DNA of 64,000 nt from Nitrospirales bacterium (GTDB taxonomy: Bacteria; Nitrospirota; Nitrospiria; Nitrospirales; UBA8639), in NCBI GenBank assembly GCA_963555755.3, contig OY820905.2, positions 1,472,001-1,536,000 of the forward strand, given 5' to 3'. Made by a program: the position numbers and the translations under genes. Below are positions 1 to 9,813 of the stretch, one piece after another. Each line of letters starts with the position of its first letter. Positions within the stretch are counted from its first letter, which is position 1. The notes beneath the pieces were generated by a model. The model did no database searches. It was not told where the DNA came from and saw nothing but the letters and a program-made list of their open reading frames with translations.

Positions 1-771
1 CAGAAATGCCAGATCCCGAATACTAATTTCCTCAGTTCCTCCAATATTAAAAATTTCTCCCACGGCCTGCGGATGTGTAGCCAATTTCACCACAGCTTGC
101 ACCACATCTTCCACCCACGTCAGACATCGTGATTGCTGCCCAGTTCCATACACCGTAATGGGTTTCCCGGTTAAGGCTTGAGCAACGAATCGTGGAAGCA
201 CCATTCCATATTGACCGGTCTGCCTGGGTCCTACGGTATTAAAAAAACGAACGACGATGGTCGGACAACCTTTTTCTTTCCAATACGCCAACGCCAAAAA
301 TTCATCGAGTGCTTTGGAACAGGCATAACTCCACCGGCCTTTAGTGGTGGGGCCTAATACTAAGTCATCCTCTTCCCGAAACGGAACTTGGCTGCCCTTC
401 CCATAGACTTCGCTGGAAGATGCGATAACAACTGTTTTTTTCTTCTTGGCGGCATATTCCAACACATGCTCCGTTCCCTTCACATTGGTCTCAATCGTTC
501 GAACGGGACTTTCGACAATTAAACGTACGCCCACCGCTGCAGCGAGGTGAAAGACAATATCAGCCCGATCAATCAGCTCAGCCAACAAAAATCGATTCAT
601 GATCGTATCGAAAAAATAATGAAATCGAGGATGTTGTTGAAGGTGTTCAATATTTTCCACGCTACCAGTGGAAAGGTCATCAAGAATAAAGACCTCTTCC
701 CCCTGAGCAAGGAGTGTATCCGCCAGATGTGAACCGATAAAACCAGCACCGCCTGTAATAAGAGCCTTCAT
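1..771 (-). CDS. NAD-dependent epimerase/dehydratase (nucleotide-sugar SDR), runs off the window start
   Basis: Manual translation from ATG at 771: MKALITGGAGFIGSHL (GxxGxxG), HLAAAVGV, SSSEVYG, YACSK (YxxxK), RFFNTVGPRQ. Missing from the ORF track because the stop is outside the window. Confidence 0.9.
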   Translation of the reverse strand, partial: MKALITGGAGFIGSHLADTLLAQGEEVFILDDLSTGSVENIEHLQQHPRFHYFFDTIMNRFLLAELIDRADIVFHLAAAVGVRLIVESPVRTIETNVKGTEHVLEYAAKKKKTVVIASSSEVYGKGSQVPFREEDDLVLGPTTKGRWSYACSKALDEFLALAYWKEKGCPTIVVRFFNTVGPRQTGQYGMVLPRFVAQALTGKPITVYGTGQQSRCLTWVEDVVQAVVKLATHPQAVGEIFNIGGTEEISIRDLAFL

Positions 772-809
772 AATTTTTTCCCAATAATTAAATCGACGAG
801 GATTTCAAA

Positions 810-2075
810 TTAATCCTTCTTGCTTCCAACCAGAGAAAGGGCCTGAACTTGAAAGCCATTTTTCTGTAACAAATCCCCATAAAGAGACCGAATGTCCTTC
901 AATAACCGCTCTTTAGTAAATTTGGCTTTGGCTAACTCTCGCCCGGCTCTCCCCATGGCAGTTCTTTTTTTTGGATTAGACGCCAAGAATTCCAAGGCAT
1001 CGGCTAATCCATGAACATCTTGGGACGACACCAGAATGCCATTATCATATACGGTGAACTGCCCGTTCATTCTTCCCCACACACGTTGCCCAACCCCAAC
1101 CATTAAATCTCGAACCCCTCCCACCTCGGTAGCGATAAAGGGCTTCCCAGAGGCCATAGCCTCAATTAACACCACAGGAGTTCCTTCATTGAGTGAGGTA
1201 AGAATAACGATGTCTAGCGAAGAATACAATTGGGCCATATCGTGTTGCCAGCCTAAAAACCTTACTCCCCCAGAAAATTGTTCTTTCTGAGCGGCTTGTT
1301 TGAGCGAAACCTCTAAAGGGCCCCCTCCAGCGATCCAGAGTTGAAATGGCGCCGTCGATTGGGAATCAAGGAGTCTCAGGGCGTCTAGGGCCAAAAATGG
1401 ATTTTTAATGTCTACTAAACGACCAATATGCCCGATAACCAGGGGAAAAAGACCATCCTGCCCAGGTTGGGTATTTTGGGTTGCACCCGACAAATCGAAA
1501 AAGGGCTCTAAGTCAAACCCCAAAGGAACGATTTGAAACTTATGACTAGGCGCGATCCGGTAGACGTCAACTAATTCTTGGCGCTGATGCTCACTCAGGA
1601 CAAGGATACGATCTGACAAAAAGGCTAACACACGCTCGATGAGGATATATACTTTGGTCTTACCCCACCCAAAGTATCCTGAAAACACATGCCCATGGAA
1701 GGTATGAACCTTTATCGGAACCCTGGCAACCCATGCGGCCAATCTTCCAAGAGTGCCAGCCTTTGCCGTATGGGTGTGAACAATATGGGGCCGGACCTTT
1801 CTCAAAAATTTGACAAGTTTAAAAAAGACCACCACATCGTTAACACTTGAAATTTCTCTACCCAACTCAGGAAAAATAACTGGGTGAACATTCCGTTCCA
1901 ACGCGTAAGGGAGCATATCCCCTTCCTTCTCACTAATTTGTCCCGAAATAAGGAAGGAAGTGAACTCCTCTGGAGCCAAACATTCCGTCAGCATAACGGC
2001 CTGAATTGCCGGCCCTCCAATATTGAGTCTGGCAATGATCCGAACGACCTTGGCTTTTTCGAACTCCCTATTCAC
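810..2075 (-). CDS. Glycosyltransferase family 4 (GT-B fold)
   Basis: IARLNIGGPA, HTHTAKAG, HTFHG, SLNEGTPVVLIEAMASGKP (EX7E) motifs. Confidence 0.9.
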   Translation of the reverse strand: MNREFEKAKVVRIIARLNIGGPAIQAVMLTECLAPEEFTSFLISGQISEKEGDMLPYALERNVHPVIFPELGREISSVNDVVVFFKLVKFLRKVRPHIVHTHTAKAGTLGRLAAWVARVPIKVHTFHGHVFSGYFGWGKTKVYILIERVLAFLSDRILVLSEHQRQELVDVYRIAPSHKFQIVPLGFDLEPFFDLSGATQNTQPGQDGLFPLVIGHIGRLVDIKNPFLALDALRLLDSQSTAPFQLWIAGGGPLEVSLKQAAQKEQFSGGVRFLGWQHDMAQLYSSLDIVILTSLNEGTPVVLIEAMASGKPFIATEVGGVRDLMVGVGQRVWGRMNGQFTVYDNGILVSSQDVHGLADALEFLASNPKKRTAMGRAGRELAKAKFTKERLLKDIRSLYGDLLQKNGFQVQALSLVGSKKD

Positions 2076-2305
2076 TACTCCTCAATTTTTTAAGGCTTCT
2101 TAGAAATACAATAAAAAAGTTAGCTGTGGCGTCGTGGCAGGTATTTCCAGCGCCAGAGAAATGTATCTTGAATGTACAAGTGACAATTCTTAGCGTAATT
2201 TCCAATACCCTAGGAACAATCACCAAACTAATCTCAAAGAATGGGTACAAGAGGAAGAGCGAATAAAATTCGCCCATAAATCCCAGGAAAACCCGAACAA
2301 GAAGT

Positions 2306-3580
2306 TTAGGCCTCCCTTATTGAATTTTGGGTTTTTACCGCCTGTTCCATAGAAAAGAAAAGGCCTACGAGAAGCCAGAAAAGGTAGGCGAGCGTTCCAA
2401 TAAACATATCATCAAAAATGTTTCTGACAATGACTCCCACCACGATTAAACTTGTGGCTAAGGCCAACTTCCCTGCCATTTCATGTGAAAAACTTTGGAA
2501 TATGGGAGCGGCTCGGGCCACAATCACAATAAAAATCCAGAAAAAAAACAGAAAACCTGGGATGCCAATCTGGACGGCTCTTCCAAGAAACGTATTATGG
2601 AGATTAGCATGAAATCCAGAACCCAAGTCGGGGTGAAGTTTACTGAAGCTATGCTTTCCGAGTCCTATCCCTGTCAAGGGGCGTTCTGCAATATCTTGAA
2701 GCGCCAACGACCAAGTATTGAAACGCACTTGCATGGAACCAGTGTGAGTATACAAACTTAAACTTGAAAGATTCTGATTTACGCTAGGCAAAGCCAGTAA
2801 CACCAGCAACACACACACCAAAAGCCCCGCCCCTCCAAATGCAGCCCACCATTTGCTCCTAAATTTTAAAAGGACATAAATGAAAACTTGAATGCCTATG
2901 GCAACCCACGCCGCCCGAGTATGTGCCAAAAACAAACCAAGGAGAGAAGTTCCAAGCCCAACACCAAAAATAATACGACACCATCTTGGACTATTTCTAG
3001 CGCTATCCCAACCCATCCATAGCAGGGGAAGGCCCATCACCAAATAAGAACTAAACCACTGACCACTTCCCCAAAGGTCTCCCCCCCGATAGTGCATATC
3101 CCACATAGATCGCCCACTAACAAAAAAATAGATGGATTCAGCTACGCTTAGCACAACCATGCCTGCAATCACAGCAAGAAAAACAGAATACATCTGATGC
3201 TTGGTTTTTACCGTTTGAACGACAAAATAAAACAAAAGAAAATGAGCCACGACCTTTCGCCACTCACCAAAACTGTAGTCAGGGTCCACCGCCAACGGCA
3301 CACAAATCAGAACCCAAGCCACATACAGAAGAATGGGAATATCCAGGGGAGTCTTAATCCATTTCAGTGTTCCATTTTTCAATTGCCCCAGAATCCAGGC
3401 AAACAGAAGCACAAAAAACCCATATTCAACGATGTGATTGAGACGGACAAAAAACAGACCAAACGCAATACCCATGAGTCCGTAAATAATCAGATTGTCG
3501 AGCAGACCTGACCATTCACGACTTGCCCTCTCAATTGACAGGTTTTCTTGACTGAACACAAGCCACCTACGAACTAACAA
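2306..3580 (-). CDS. O-antigen ligase/polymerase family (Wzy_C/WaaL-like) membrane protein
   Basis: Many hydrophobic helices; HTRAAW, RxxxWxxAL...PLTGIGLG and HNTFL motifs; polysaccharide context. Start uncertain. Confidence 0.8.
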   Translation of the reverse strand: MLVRRWLVFSQENLSIERASREWSGLLDNLIIYGLMGIAFGLFFVRLNHIVEYGFFVLLFAWILGQLKNGTLKWIKTPLDIPILLYVAWVLICVPLAVDPDYSFGEWRKVVAHFLLFYFVVQTVKTKHQMYSVFLAVIAGMVVLSVAESIYFFVSGRSMWDMHYRGGDLWGSGQWFSSYLVMGLPLLWMGWDSARNSPRWCRIIFGVGLGTSLLGLFLAHTRAAWVAIGIQVFIYVLLKFRSKWWAAFGGAGLLVCVLLVLLALPSVNQNLSSLSLYTHTGSMQVRFNTWSLALQDIAERPLTGIGLGKHSFSKLHPDLGSGFHANLHNTFLGRAVQIGIPGFLFFFWIFIVIVARAAPIFQSFSHEMAGKLALATSLIVVGVIVRNIFDDMFIGTLAYLFWLLVGLFFSMEQAVKTQNSIREA

Positions 3581-3706
3581 GTTTTGATAGGAGAATTAGG
3601 AAGTACACGAAAGCATTTCAATACAGTGACAGGGGATAAAAATCATTAAAAAAAAAGAAGATAGATAATACATCAAGCATGACTCAAAGCGGAGACAGGT
3701 CGTGTC

Positions 3707-4681
3707 TCATAACCCACGGATTATAAGATCATGCAAATGAATCATCCCTGCGACTTTTTTATCTCTCGTCAAAACCGGCAACAGCGAAATGGGCTTGTCA
3801 CGTTTCTCCATTTTCTCTAATGCCGAAAAGGCGTTTTCGTCATCAAACACAAAATCCGGCTTGGGATTCATAATCTCAATGACGGTGGCAGCAAACAGAT
3901 CATCCCCTCGCTCTAACACTTTCCGAATATCATAATCCGTGACCAGCCCGACTAAATGCCAGTCATCATCCCTCACCGACACTGCACCAGCACGCTTGCT
4001 CGTGATTTCCGAGAGCATCGTCCTCGTATCTGCGGAGACATGGATCACCGGATTGTCCTTCCCGGACCGCATGATATCCCCGACTGTCAGCAATAACCGT
4101 TTCCCAAGTTGCCCCCCCGGGTGATTGGCTGCAAAATCGTCAGGTTGAAAATTTCGTAATTTCATCAGCGCCATGGCTAACGCATCTCCCACGACCAAGG
4201 CAGCTGTTGTGCTGCAGGTCGGGGCCATAGTTACGGGACAGGCTTCTTCCTCTATGGGGGTATGAAGGACCAAGTCCGAGTGCCTGGCCATGGTCGATTT
4301 CGGCTGGGCAGTGATAGAAATGATCTTCGCGCCTATCTTTCGGGCCACAGGAAGAATCGTATTGAGTTCCTCACTTTCCCCGGATTTTCCAATGGCCAGC
4401 ATGACATCATCTTTTTGAATAATGCCCACGTCACCGTGCATGCCATCCGAACTATGCAGAAACATCGCCAGCGTCCCGGTCGACACCATGGTCGCGGCAA
4501 TTTTCTGAGCAATAATGCCGGACTTTCCCACACCAGTCACGACCACCTTGCCATGACACGCAAATAGTAATCGTACCGCTTCCTCATAATCCGGCCCTAA
4601 GTGTTTCTGGAGCCCTGCAATAGTCCGGGCCTCCAGTTCAAAAACGCGTCTTATTTCTGATAATACGTTGATTTTGCTCAC
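3707..4681 (-). CDS. kdsD: KpsF/GutQ-family arabinose-5-phosphate isomerase (SIS + CBS pair)
   Basis: VTGVGKSG, GMHGDVG, EEACP..APTCSTT, HPGGQLG motifs, C-terminal CBS domains. GTG at 4681 preferred over 4807 because a promoter-like site lies between them and the duplicate 5' copy starts at the equivalent GTG. Confidence 0.9.
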   Translation of the reverse strand: MSKINVLSEIRRVFELEARTIAGLQKHLGPDYEEAVRLLFACHGKVVVTGVGKSGIIAQKIAATMVSTGTLAMFLHSSDGMHGDVGIIQKDDVMLAIGKSGESEELNTILPVARKIGAKIISITAQPKSTMARHSDLVLHTPIEEEACPVTMAPTCSTTAALVVGDALAMALMKLRNFQPDDFAANHPGGQLGKRLLLTVGDIMRSGKDNPVIHVSADTRTMLSEITSKRAGAVSVRDDDWHLVGLVTDYDIRKVLERGDDLFAATVIEIMNPKPDFVFDDENAFSALEKMEKRDKPISLLPVLTRDKKVAGMIHLHDLIIRGL

Positions 4682-4750
4682 AATTTTTGGCTCATCTTGG
4701 ATTGGGAAAACCCATTCACCTTTAGACCGTCGGTACTGACGAATGGACGA

Positions 4751-4779
4751 ATTGCACCATATTCGCCTGTTGGAGTCAA
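4751..4779 (-). promoter_or_regulatory. Sigma-70-type promoter candidate for kdsD (island-borne copy)
   Basis: Minus strand TTGACT-N17-TGCAAT; the same boxes and spacing occur at 17334-17362 with a diverged spacer. Confidence 0.6.
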
Positions 4780-5249
4780 TCCAATACCCGAACGATTCGT
4801 TCAGCACCCCGTCCCATCACCAGTTGGCTATCCAACCCACTCCCAAAATTCGTATACTCACCAAATCTACATCGAGTAGAGGAGTAGGAAATCCGAGAGA
4901 TATTTTCCGCATAGGAATTGGTTCGATCCTCTCCATGAGAATGTTACATTCGTTATAAATTGGTTGAATTGCCATGTAAAAATCTCCTTTTAATTTTTGT
5001 GATGTGCCCATATTTTAGTTGCATCTCGAAAAGTAACAACTAAACCCATTATCGTAAATATGAATACGATTCATGGAACAGTGAAAAAAAGAGGAAGTGT
5101 TATTAGAAAGTGGAAGCCTCTCACCAATGATGTTGAGGGAATCTGTAAAATCGTGCAAAATGTGTGAGTTAAAAAAACTTCTATCTGCCCTTGATTTAGG
5201 AACGAAATTCAAGCGTACTTAACTCTTCCCATAAGATAAGGAAACCAAG

Positions 5250-5390
5250 GTGGGATCAGCAAATGTAAAAGTTGGAAATTTGAATCAGTTGCCACAATAC
5301 ATTAAAGAGGGGGACCTGGTTTTAGATGTGGGAGGAGGCGCAAGGCCACTAAGTAGGGCAAATTATATTTTAGACTTTATCCCGTGGCCC
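5250..5390 (+). pseudogene. N-terminal fragment of a SAM-dependent methyltransferase-like gene
   Basis: LVLDVGGGARPL motif-I-like sequence; beyond ~5390 the frame is only the antisense of the 5370-6047 gene. Confidence 0.45.
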
Positions 5391-6047
5391 TTTGGCGCCC
5401 ATAATATTGAGGTACTCCGTCTTGTAGGTTTTGACAATCCCTCTTTCAAATGCTTTACGCTGAAAGTCTGCCGCCAATATGACGATTGGATCCCATTTCA
5501 TTTCCGCAAAAATCTGGGCGTCCGAGACCAATTCTGGTACATCATCTGTCTCTCTGTGATCTTCGTACAACGTCTCAATCGATTTTCGGAATTCTATATT
5601 GGCGAGGACTTGTCCAATGATCCCATCGACGATAGTCAGATTAACATCTTGGTCAAGTATTTTGCCTTCCTCAACTGACACGATAAAAAAGGGATAATTC
5701 TCGTTTTGAGCTATTTTGAGTTTCAGGTTCAGCTTTAACTTGCGATGTGGATCAACTGTTTCAATTTGCTGGACATATTCTCCTTGTCTACTGAAGCCTT
5801 TACTCAAACCATCAAACTCTATAGACAGAATTGGTAACCCACGTTTTGTACACCACGTGTAGTCTATGCTTGTTTTCAAGAAGAAGTCGCGTTCCTTTTC
5901 CTTAAGGTCTTGGTCTAATGTTGCAAAATCGATTATCTGAGCGAAGGGTAAAGACGGCCAAAGGTCGAACACTGACCCCCATTGTGTATGAAGGCTTGTG
6001 AACAACTCCTTCTCCCCTCTGCTTCCAAATACGGATTTTCTAATCAT
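5370..6047 (-). CDS. DUF2726-like / PD-(D/E)XK-type protein, C-terminus probably truncated
   Basis: S..EKELF..L, SIDYT, LSIEFDG and late K..K.KIA....YPF pattern resembling DUF2726; preceded by an attC-like end. Confidence 0.5.
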   Translation of the reverse strand: MIRKSVFGSRGEKELFTSLHTQWGSVFDLWPSLPFAQIIDFATLDQDLKEKERDFFLKTSIDYTWCTKRGLPILSIEFDGLSKGFSRQGEYVQQIETVDPHRKLKLNLKLKIAQNENYPFFIVSVEEGKILDQDVNLTIVDGIIGQVLANIEFRKSIETLYEDHRETDDVPELVSDAQIFAEMKWDPIVILAADFQRKAFERGIVKTYKTEYLNIMGAKGPRDKV

Positions 6048-6052
6048 TTGTC

Positions 6053-6135
6053 ACATAACGATTGAGCTAACCCGCCGCAGCGAGAATGCTTTCCTGCAAG
6101 AGCTTCAAGGCCAACGAAGTCCGGCTTCAGCTTCA
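6053..6135 (-). other. Degenerate attC-like site
   Basis: Minus strand ends GCGGCGGGTTAGCTCAATCGTTATGT, resembling the L'/R' end of integron attC sites, 5 nt before the ATG at 6047; the R'' half is not recognisable. Confidence 0.4.
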
Positions 6136-6240
6136 CGCCCTAGTGCACAGACACAGACAGATGATTCACCCAGTCAGGCTTCAAGAGATTGAAAACACTT
6201 GCAAAATTTTTGTCTTCGTGACCGTCCCGAATGAGTCGGT

Positions 6241-6685
6241 GCACTAGCCTACAATCTGGCCAACTTCCTGCGCACATTAGTCTTGCCAACAGCCCTTGCC
6301 GACTGGTCACTGACCAGCCTTCGGGATCGAATGATCAAGATCGGTGCAAAGGCTGTCCGTCACGCCCGGTCGATCATCCTGCAATTGGCCGAGGTTGCCG
6401 TACCCCGTAATCTATGGGCACAGATGCTGACGACAATTTCTGGCCTCAAGGCAATGGCGCAAGTGCCATGATAACCAATATCATCCCGCACAAATTTGGT
6501 TACGGGCGTGTCGCACGCAGACGCCGAGCTATACCCAAAATCCTCGATAATCGGCAAAATCCCGCCCGAATGGCGTCAAATCCGTTGAAAATCGGTCGGA
6601 TGCTGCGCCAACCAAGACAGACTTGAAAAAAACAACGACCCATGCCAGTCTCGCGCTACGAAGAAACCCATCTGGGGAATATCAG
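6241..6685 (+). mobile_element. IS1380-family remnant (transposase C-terminus and right end)
   Basis: ALAYNLANFLRTL...WSLTSLRDRMIKIGAKAVRHAR; ends CATCTGGGGAATATCAG, similar to IS1380-family right ends. Confidence 0.75.
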
Positions 6686-7124
6686 TTTAGTCCGGCGTTG
6701 ACAGATGAGCCAGAATCTCTATTATTAAAGACGCTCATCAGTCTCAAATATTTTGACGATGTACACTATTTGAGTTATACAAGGTTATTCTTTTTTGATC
6801 TGGTGATTTCACGTGTGTGATTTCGTTTTAAAAGCATTGTTGCGCCCTTTCTACAGGTGTCTTCTGCCCATAAAAGACCTTCTATTTCCCCGTCCTTATG
6901 AAGCTGTAGATTTTGATAGTATTGCCGCCGCACGTGAAGTCGAGCAAGAAAAATGGAAGGATGAACTATGTGAGAGGAGAGAATTGGCCAGATCAATTAT
7001 GGACCGAAGTGATCCGTTAATTTCAACTGACATGGGGCTTTCTTTTTTGGACGAGGTAGCGGAAACCGATGTCGCACCTGCTCTCGACGCAATGGGGCAT
7101 ATCGTCAAATCAGGGCTCTATCTA

Positions 7125-8588
7125 TCAAACAAGAAACAGTTCCTCAGGTGTGATGATCTTTGTAGTGAATTGTGCAGGCATAAAGGGGTGGCCGATCATG
7201 GCTTGTGAAATGGCTTGCAGCATGTTGCCGCCCTGCTTTCTCGCGGTAGAAAGGTAGCTTCGTATGCGGGCGAACTGCCTCGCGCCTTGAAGCGTTCGAA
7301 AACACCCGGATATTTTGAGGCGGAGCTTGATCATGCGGATATCCTGTTCTGCCAGATTATTAGTGAAGGGAACCTGTCTGTCATGGAGGAACGCGAGCAC
7401 GGAGGCTTCATGCTCGCCAAGACGGGTGAGGAGATTTTGGGCCTTGGTCTTTTTGGGCCGGCCTCGTGACTTTTTCTGTGGCGGTGCCGGAAGGGGGTTG
7501 GCCTGCCATCCGAGGGTGAGAAGATCCCTGTATTGTTTCAGCCAGGGGGTTTTCTGTTCTTCCGTTAACTGTGCGAGTTGCTTGCTGACAAACACGTTCA
7601 TCGTCAGCAACAGGTCAAACATGTGTTTGGCCCATGGTTGTTCGTGCTGCTCGAACAGGCACGTGAGTTCCCGCAAATGATGGGCGTTACAGAGGCCGTG
7701 GGCACAGTCATAGGAGAGATAGGGTTTCCAGAAATCGTGGATCAGGCGGCCAGCAAAATCCGGGAGGATCTGGAACTGCTCGATCGCCTCTCTTCCCCGT
7801 TTGGCGTGCACACCGTAAAAGGTCAACGTGGCCGTGCTGGCACTGTGGAGCCAGTGGAGCGTCCCGGCCGTGCGGACGCCGCTTTCATCGGCATGGAGGA
7901 TGGGACTCTTGCCGAGCGCTTCTTTGACCGCAGTCTCGAACGGCGCGAGGTGCTCATAACTTCGGCGGGAGGCCTCGTCAATGGTGGCGTCGCTGACCGA
8001 GGCGCCATACAGATCAGCCATCATCTGGCTGACACGGCGTAAGGGGATCAACTGTTGGTTCTGGAGGTAGACCAGGAGGCTGCGAAATCTGGGACCGTAC
8101 TGTGCCGGCGCAGGCAGGTCATCAGGAAATGACGCCGTGACCGAGCGGCCGCATTGGGGGCAGGTTTTGATTGCTCCCCGATATTCGGTGACGTCGAGTT
8201 TTGGCTCCGGCAGTTCAAAGAGCTGCCGGCGTTCATAGCCGGTGACCGTCTCGTTGGTGAGGTCGGCATGGCAGGAACAGGAGTGAACAGGCAGGTGGAC
8301 CAGGTGGTCTGGGGTTTCCACCTGTTTTAACGTCTGGCCGGCATGTCCCTGTTGGCCGCCCGGCTTTTTCCCGGAAGGTATGCGCAGGCTCTTGGTTCGG
8401 GGCTTGGCCGGTCCATCGGACGAGGGCGGTTTGCTGCTGTTGCGACTGTGTTGGTCGAGCCGCTGTGCCAGTTCGGTGACATGCGTGGTCAGCGCCTGCC
8501 CCTGTTCCTGCAGCGCCAGGATCAGTTCGACGAGCGCCTCGGGGTTGCTCTTGGCCAGGATGAGGAGTGCGTCGCGGGTGAAGGTCAT
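7125..8588 (-). CDS. IS66-family transposase (TnpC-like)
   Basis: NSSKPPSSD, KKPGGQQGH, Zn-ribbon CPQC, HADESG, LIHD, CNAHHLRE, PFTNNLAEQDIRMIK. The last ~15 codons probably read into flanking DNA. Confidence 0.93.
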   Translation of the reverse strand: MTFTRDALLILAKSNPEALVELILALQEQGQALTTHVTELAQRLDQHSRNSSKPPSSDGPAKPRTKSLRIPSGKKPGGQQGHAGQTLKQVETPDHLVHLPVHSCSCHADLTNETVTGYERRQLFELPEPKLDVTEYRGAIKTCPQCGRSVTASFPDDLPAPAQYGPRFRSLLVYLQNQQLIPLRRVSQMMADLYGASVSDATIDEASRRSYEHLAPFETAVKEALGKSPILHADESGVRTAGTLHWLHSASTATLTFYGVHAKRGREAIEQFQILPDFAGRLIHDFWKPYLSYDCAHGLCNAHHLRELTCLFEQHEQPWAKHMFDLLLTMNVFVSKQLAQLTEEQKTPWLKQYRDLLTLGWQANPLPAPPQKKSRGRPKKTKAQNLLTRLGEHEASVLAFLHDRQVPFTNNLAEQDIRMIKLRLKISGCFRTLQGARQFARIRSYLSTARKQGGNMLQAISQAMIGHPFMPAQFTTKIITPEELFLV

Positions 8589-9547
8589 GGCTTGCTCCGG
8601 CAGAGGGCCTGTCGGAAGTGGCGGATGAGGGGATAGAGATAAATTGCCTTCACCGGCACGCGCAGAGCCTTGTCACGGTCCTGCCGGGACCGGCCTTTGG
8701 TCTGCCCGACATAGAGCCAGTTCGCGGCCTGATAGCAGATACCTTTGAAGCGGTCTCGCTCCACAAAGGTCTCCACCAAGTGGACGGGATGGCCGTATTT
8801 CTCGATCCAGTCCTGCCGGAGACGTCTCATGACCCGGCCCAGGAGATGGCTGGCCAGATGCGGCACACGCACCCAGGGCAGGATGAGAAAGCGGGTATTG
8901 TTGGTCATGAAGTTGAGGTTGGCGGCTCGGGTGTCCGGCTCCCAGCCGATAAAGGTGTCGCGCGGGGTGGTTTTCCAGGCGGCGGAACCGAAGAGGAGGC
9001 AGGCCAGATCCTGCCCGGAGCGATCCCGCACCAGGTACTTGAGATGTTCACCGACCGTTCGGGTGAACCCGAGGTAGTGATGGTGGCTCAGGTAATATCC
9101 CACACAACTGGCTTCGTAGGAATGTGAGGTTGGAATATGAATGGACAGGGGCGTCAGGGTCTTGAGAGCTGCGTCGATGTGCGGGGCTTCGGGAGGCATA
9201 AACCCCTTTCGGAAAGGGGGGAAGATGTTGCGTCGAGAGGCGACACGAATCGGGGGCAGCTTCAGGAGCCCGCGATGTTCGAGTTTGTCGATCATGCTGC
9301 GGGCGGCAAAGGTTTTCAGTTGTCCGGACGGGGTCTGCCAGCCCCAGTGCCGACAAATATGCTGGGTTATTTTATGGCGGCTCCAGTCAGGGTGCCGGCA
9401 AACCAGATGGCGTAACCAGCACAGATCAGATTGGGGGAGGCGACGACCTTGACATGTAATCGCTTCATTCATGGCCCCGATTATGCCATGGGTGGAGCCG
9501 TTAGTCCAGAAAAAAATCAGGCTATAGAAAATTGACCTGAGTAGTTA
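7170..9547 (-). mobile_element. IS66-family element carrying DUF4338
   Basis: Upstream end GTAACTACTCAGG at 9547 (IS66 ends start GTAA); the downstream end is not recognisable, so that boundary is approximate. Confidence 0.75.
8585..9472 (-). CDS. DUF4338 (DruA-like) protein, coupled to the IS66 transposase
   Basis: HHYLG..VGEHLKYLV, RDTFIGW, NNTRFLILPWV, LASHLL, ETFVE..RFKG.CY.AANW..VG.TKGR; stop overlaps the transposase ATG. Confidence 0.85.
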   Translation of the reverse strand: MNEAITCQGRRLPQSDLCWLRHLVCRHPDWSRHKITQHICRHWGWQTPSGQLKTFAARSMIDKLEHRGLLKLPPIRVASRRNIFPPFRKGFMPPEAPHIDAALKTLTPLSIHIPTSHSYEASCVGYYLSHHHYLGFTRTVGEHLKYLVRDRSGQDLACLLFGSAAWKTTPRDTFIGWEPDTRAANLNFMTNNTRFLILPWVRVPHLASHLLGRVMRRLRQDWIEKYGHPVHLVETFVERDRFKGICYQAANWLYVGQTKGRSRQDRDKALRVPVKAIYLYPLIRHFRQALCRSKP

Positions 9548-9813
9548 CCAACTACAATTAAACTCGTGATGCTGGGCTGTGACGCCGATAAGGAAAGTGG
9601 CCCTCTGACAGTCCTTCAACGTGACGCGTCGCGCGATGCGTACAAAGCTTTGGTAGGAAAGAAAAGGAGTTCTCTTAGTAAGAGTATTCCAAACTGGAAT
9701 GTCATTATTCAGCATAATTGAATAAGAGGATCTTACGAAGGATCGATGATGGAACAATGTACAACCAATGCGATCCCTCCAATGCGCATATGCTAGTTGG
9801 TAAAAAGGGACGA

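Noticed and set aside
2068..2277. 69-aa ORF between the ligase and GT4 genes
   Set aside because: No motif or RBS support; likely AT-rich intergenic DNA.
4682..4807. N-terminal extension of KdsD given by the ORF track
   Set aside because: It spans the conserved promoter boxes, and the homologous copy at 17264-17400 has an RBS directly before the equivalent GTG.
4870..5245. Intact genes in the AT-rich left end of the island
   Set aside because: Only short ORFs with no motifs; probably decayed coding sequence.
8585..9472. Druantia anti-phage system
   Set aside because: No DruE helicase or other Dru genes; DUF4338 lies inside an IS66.
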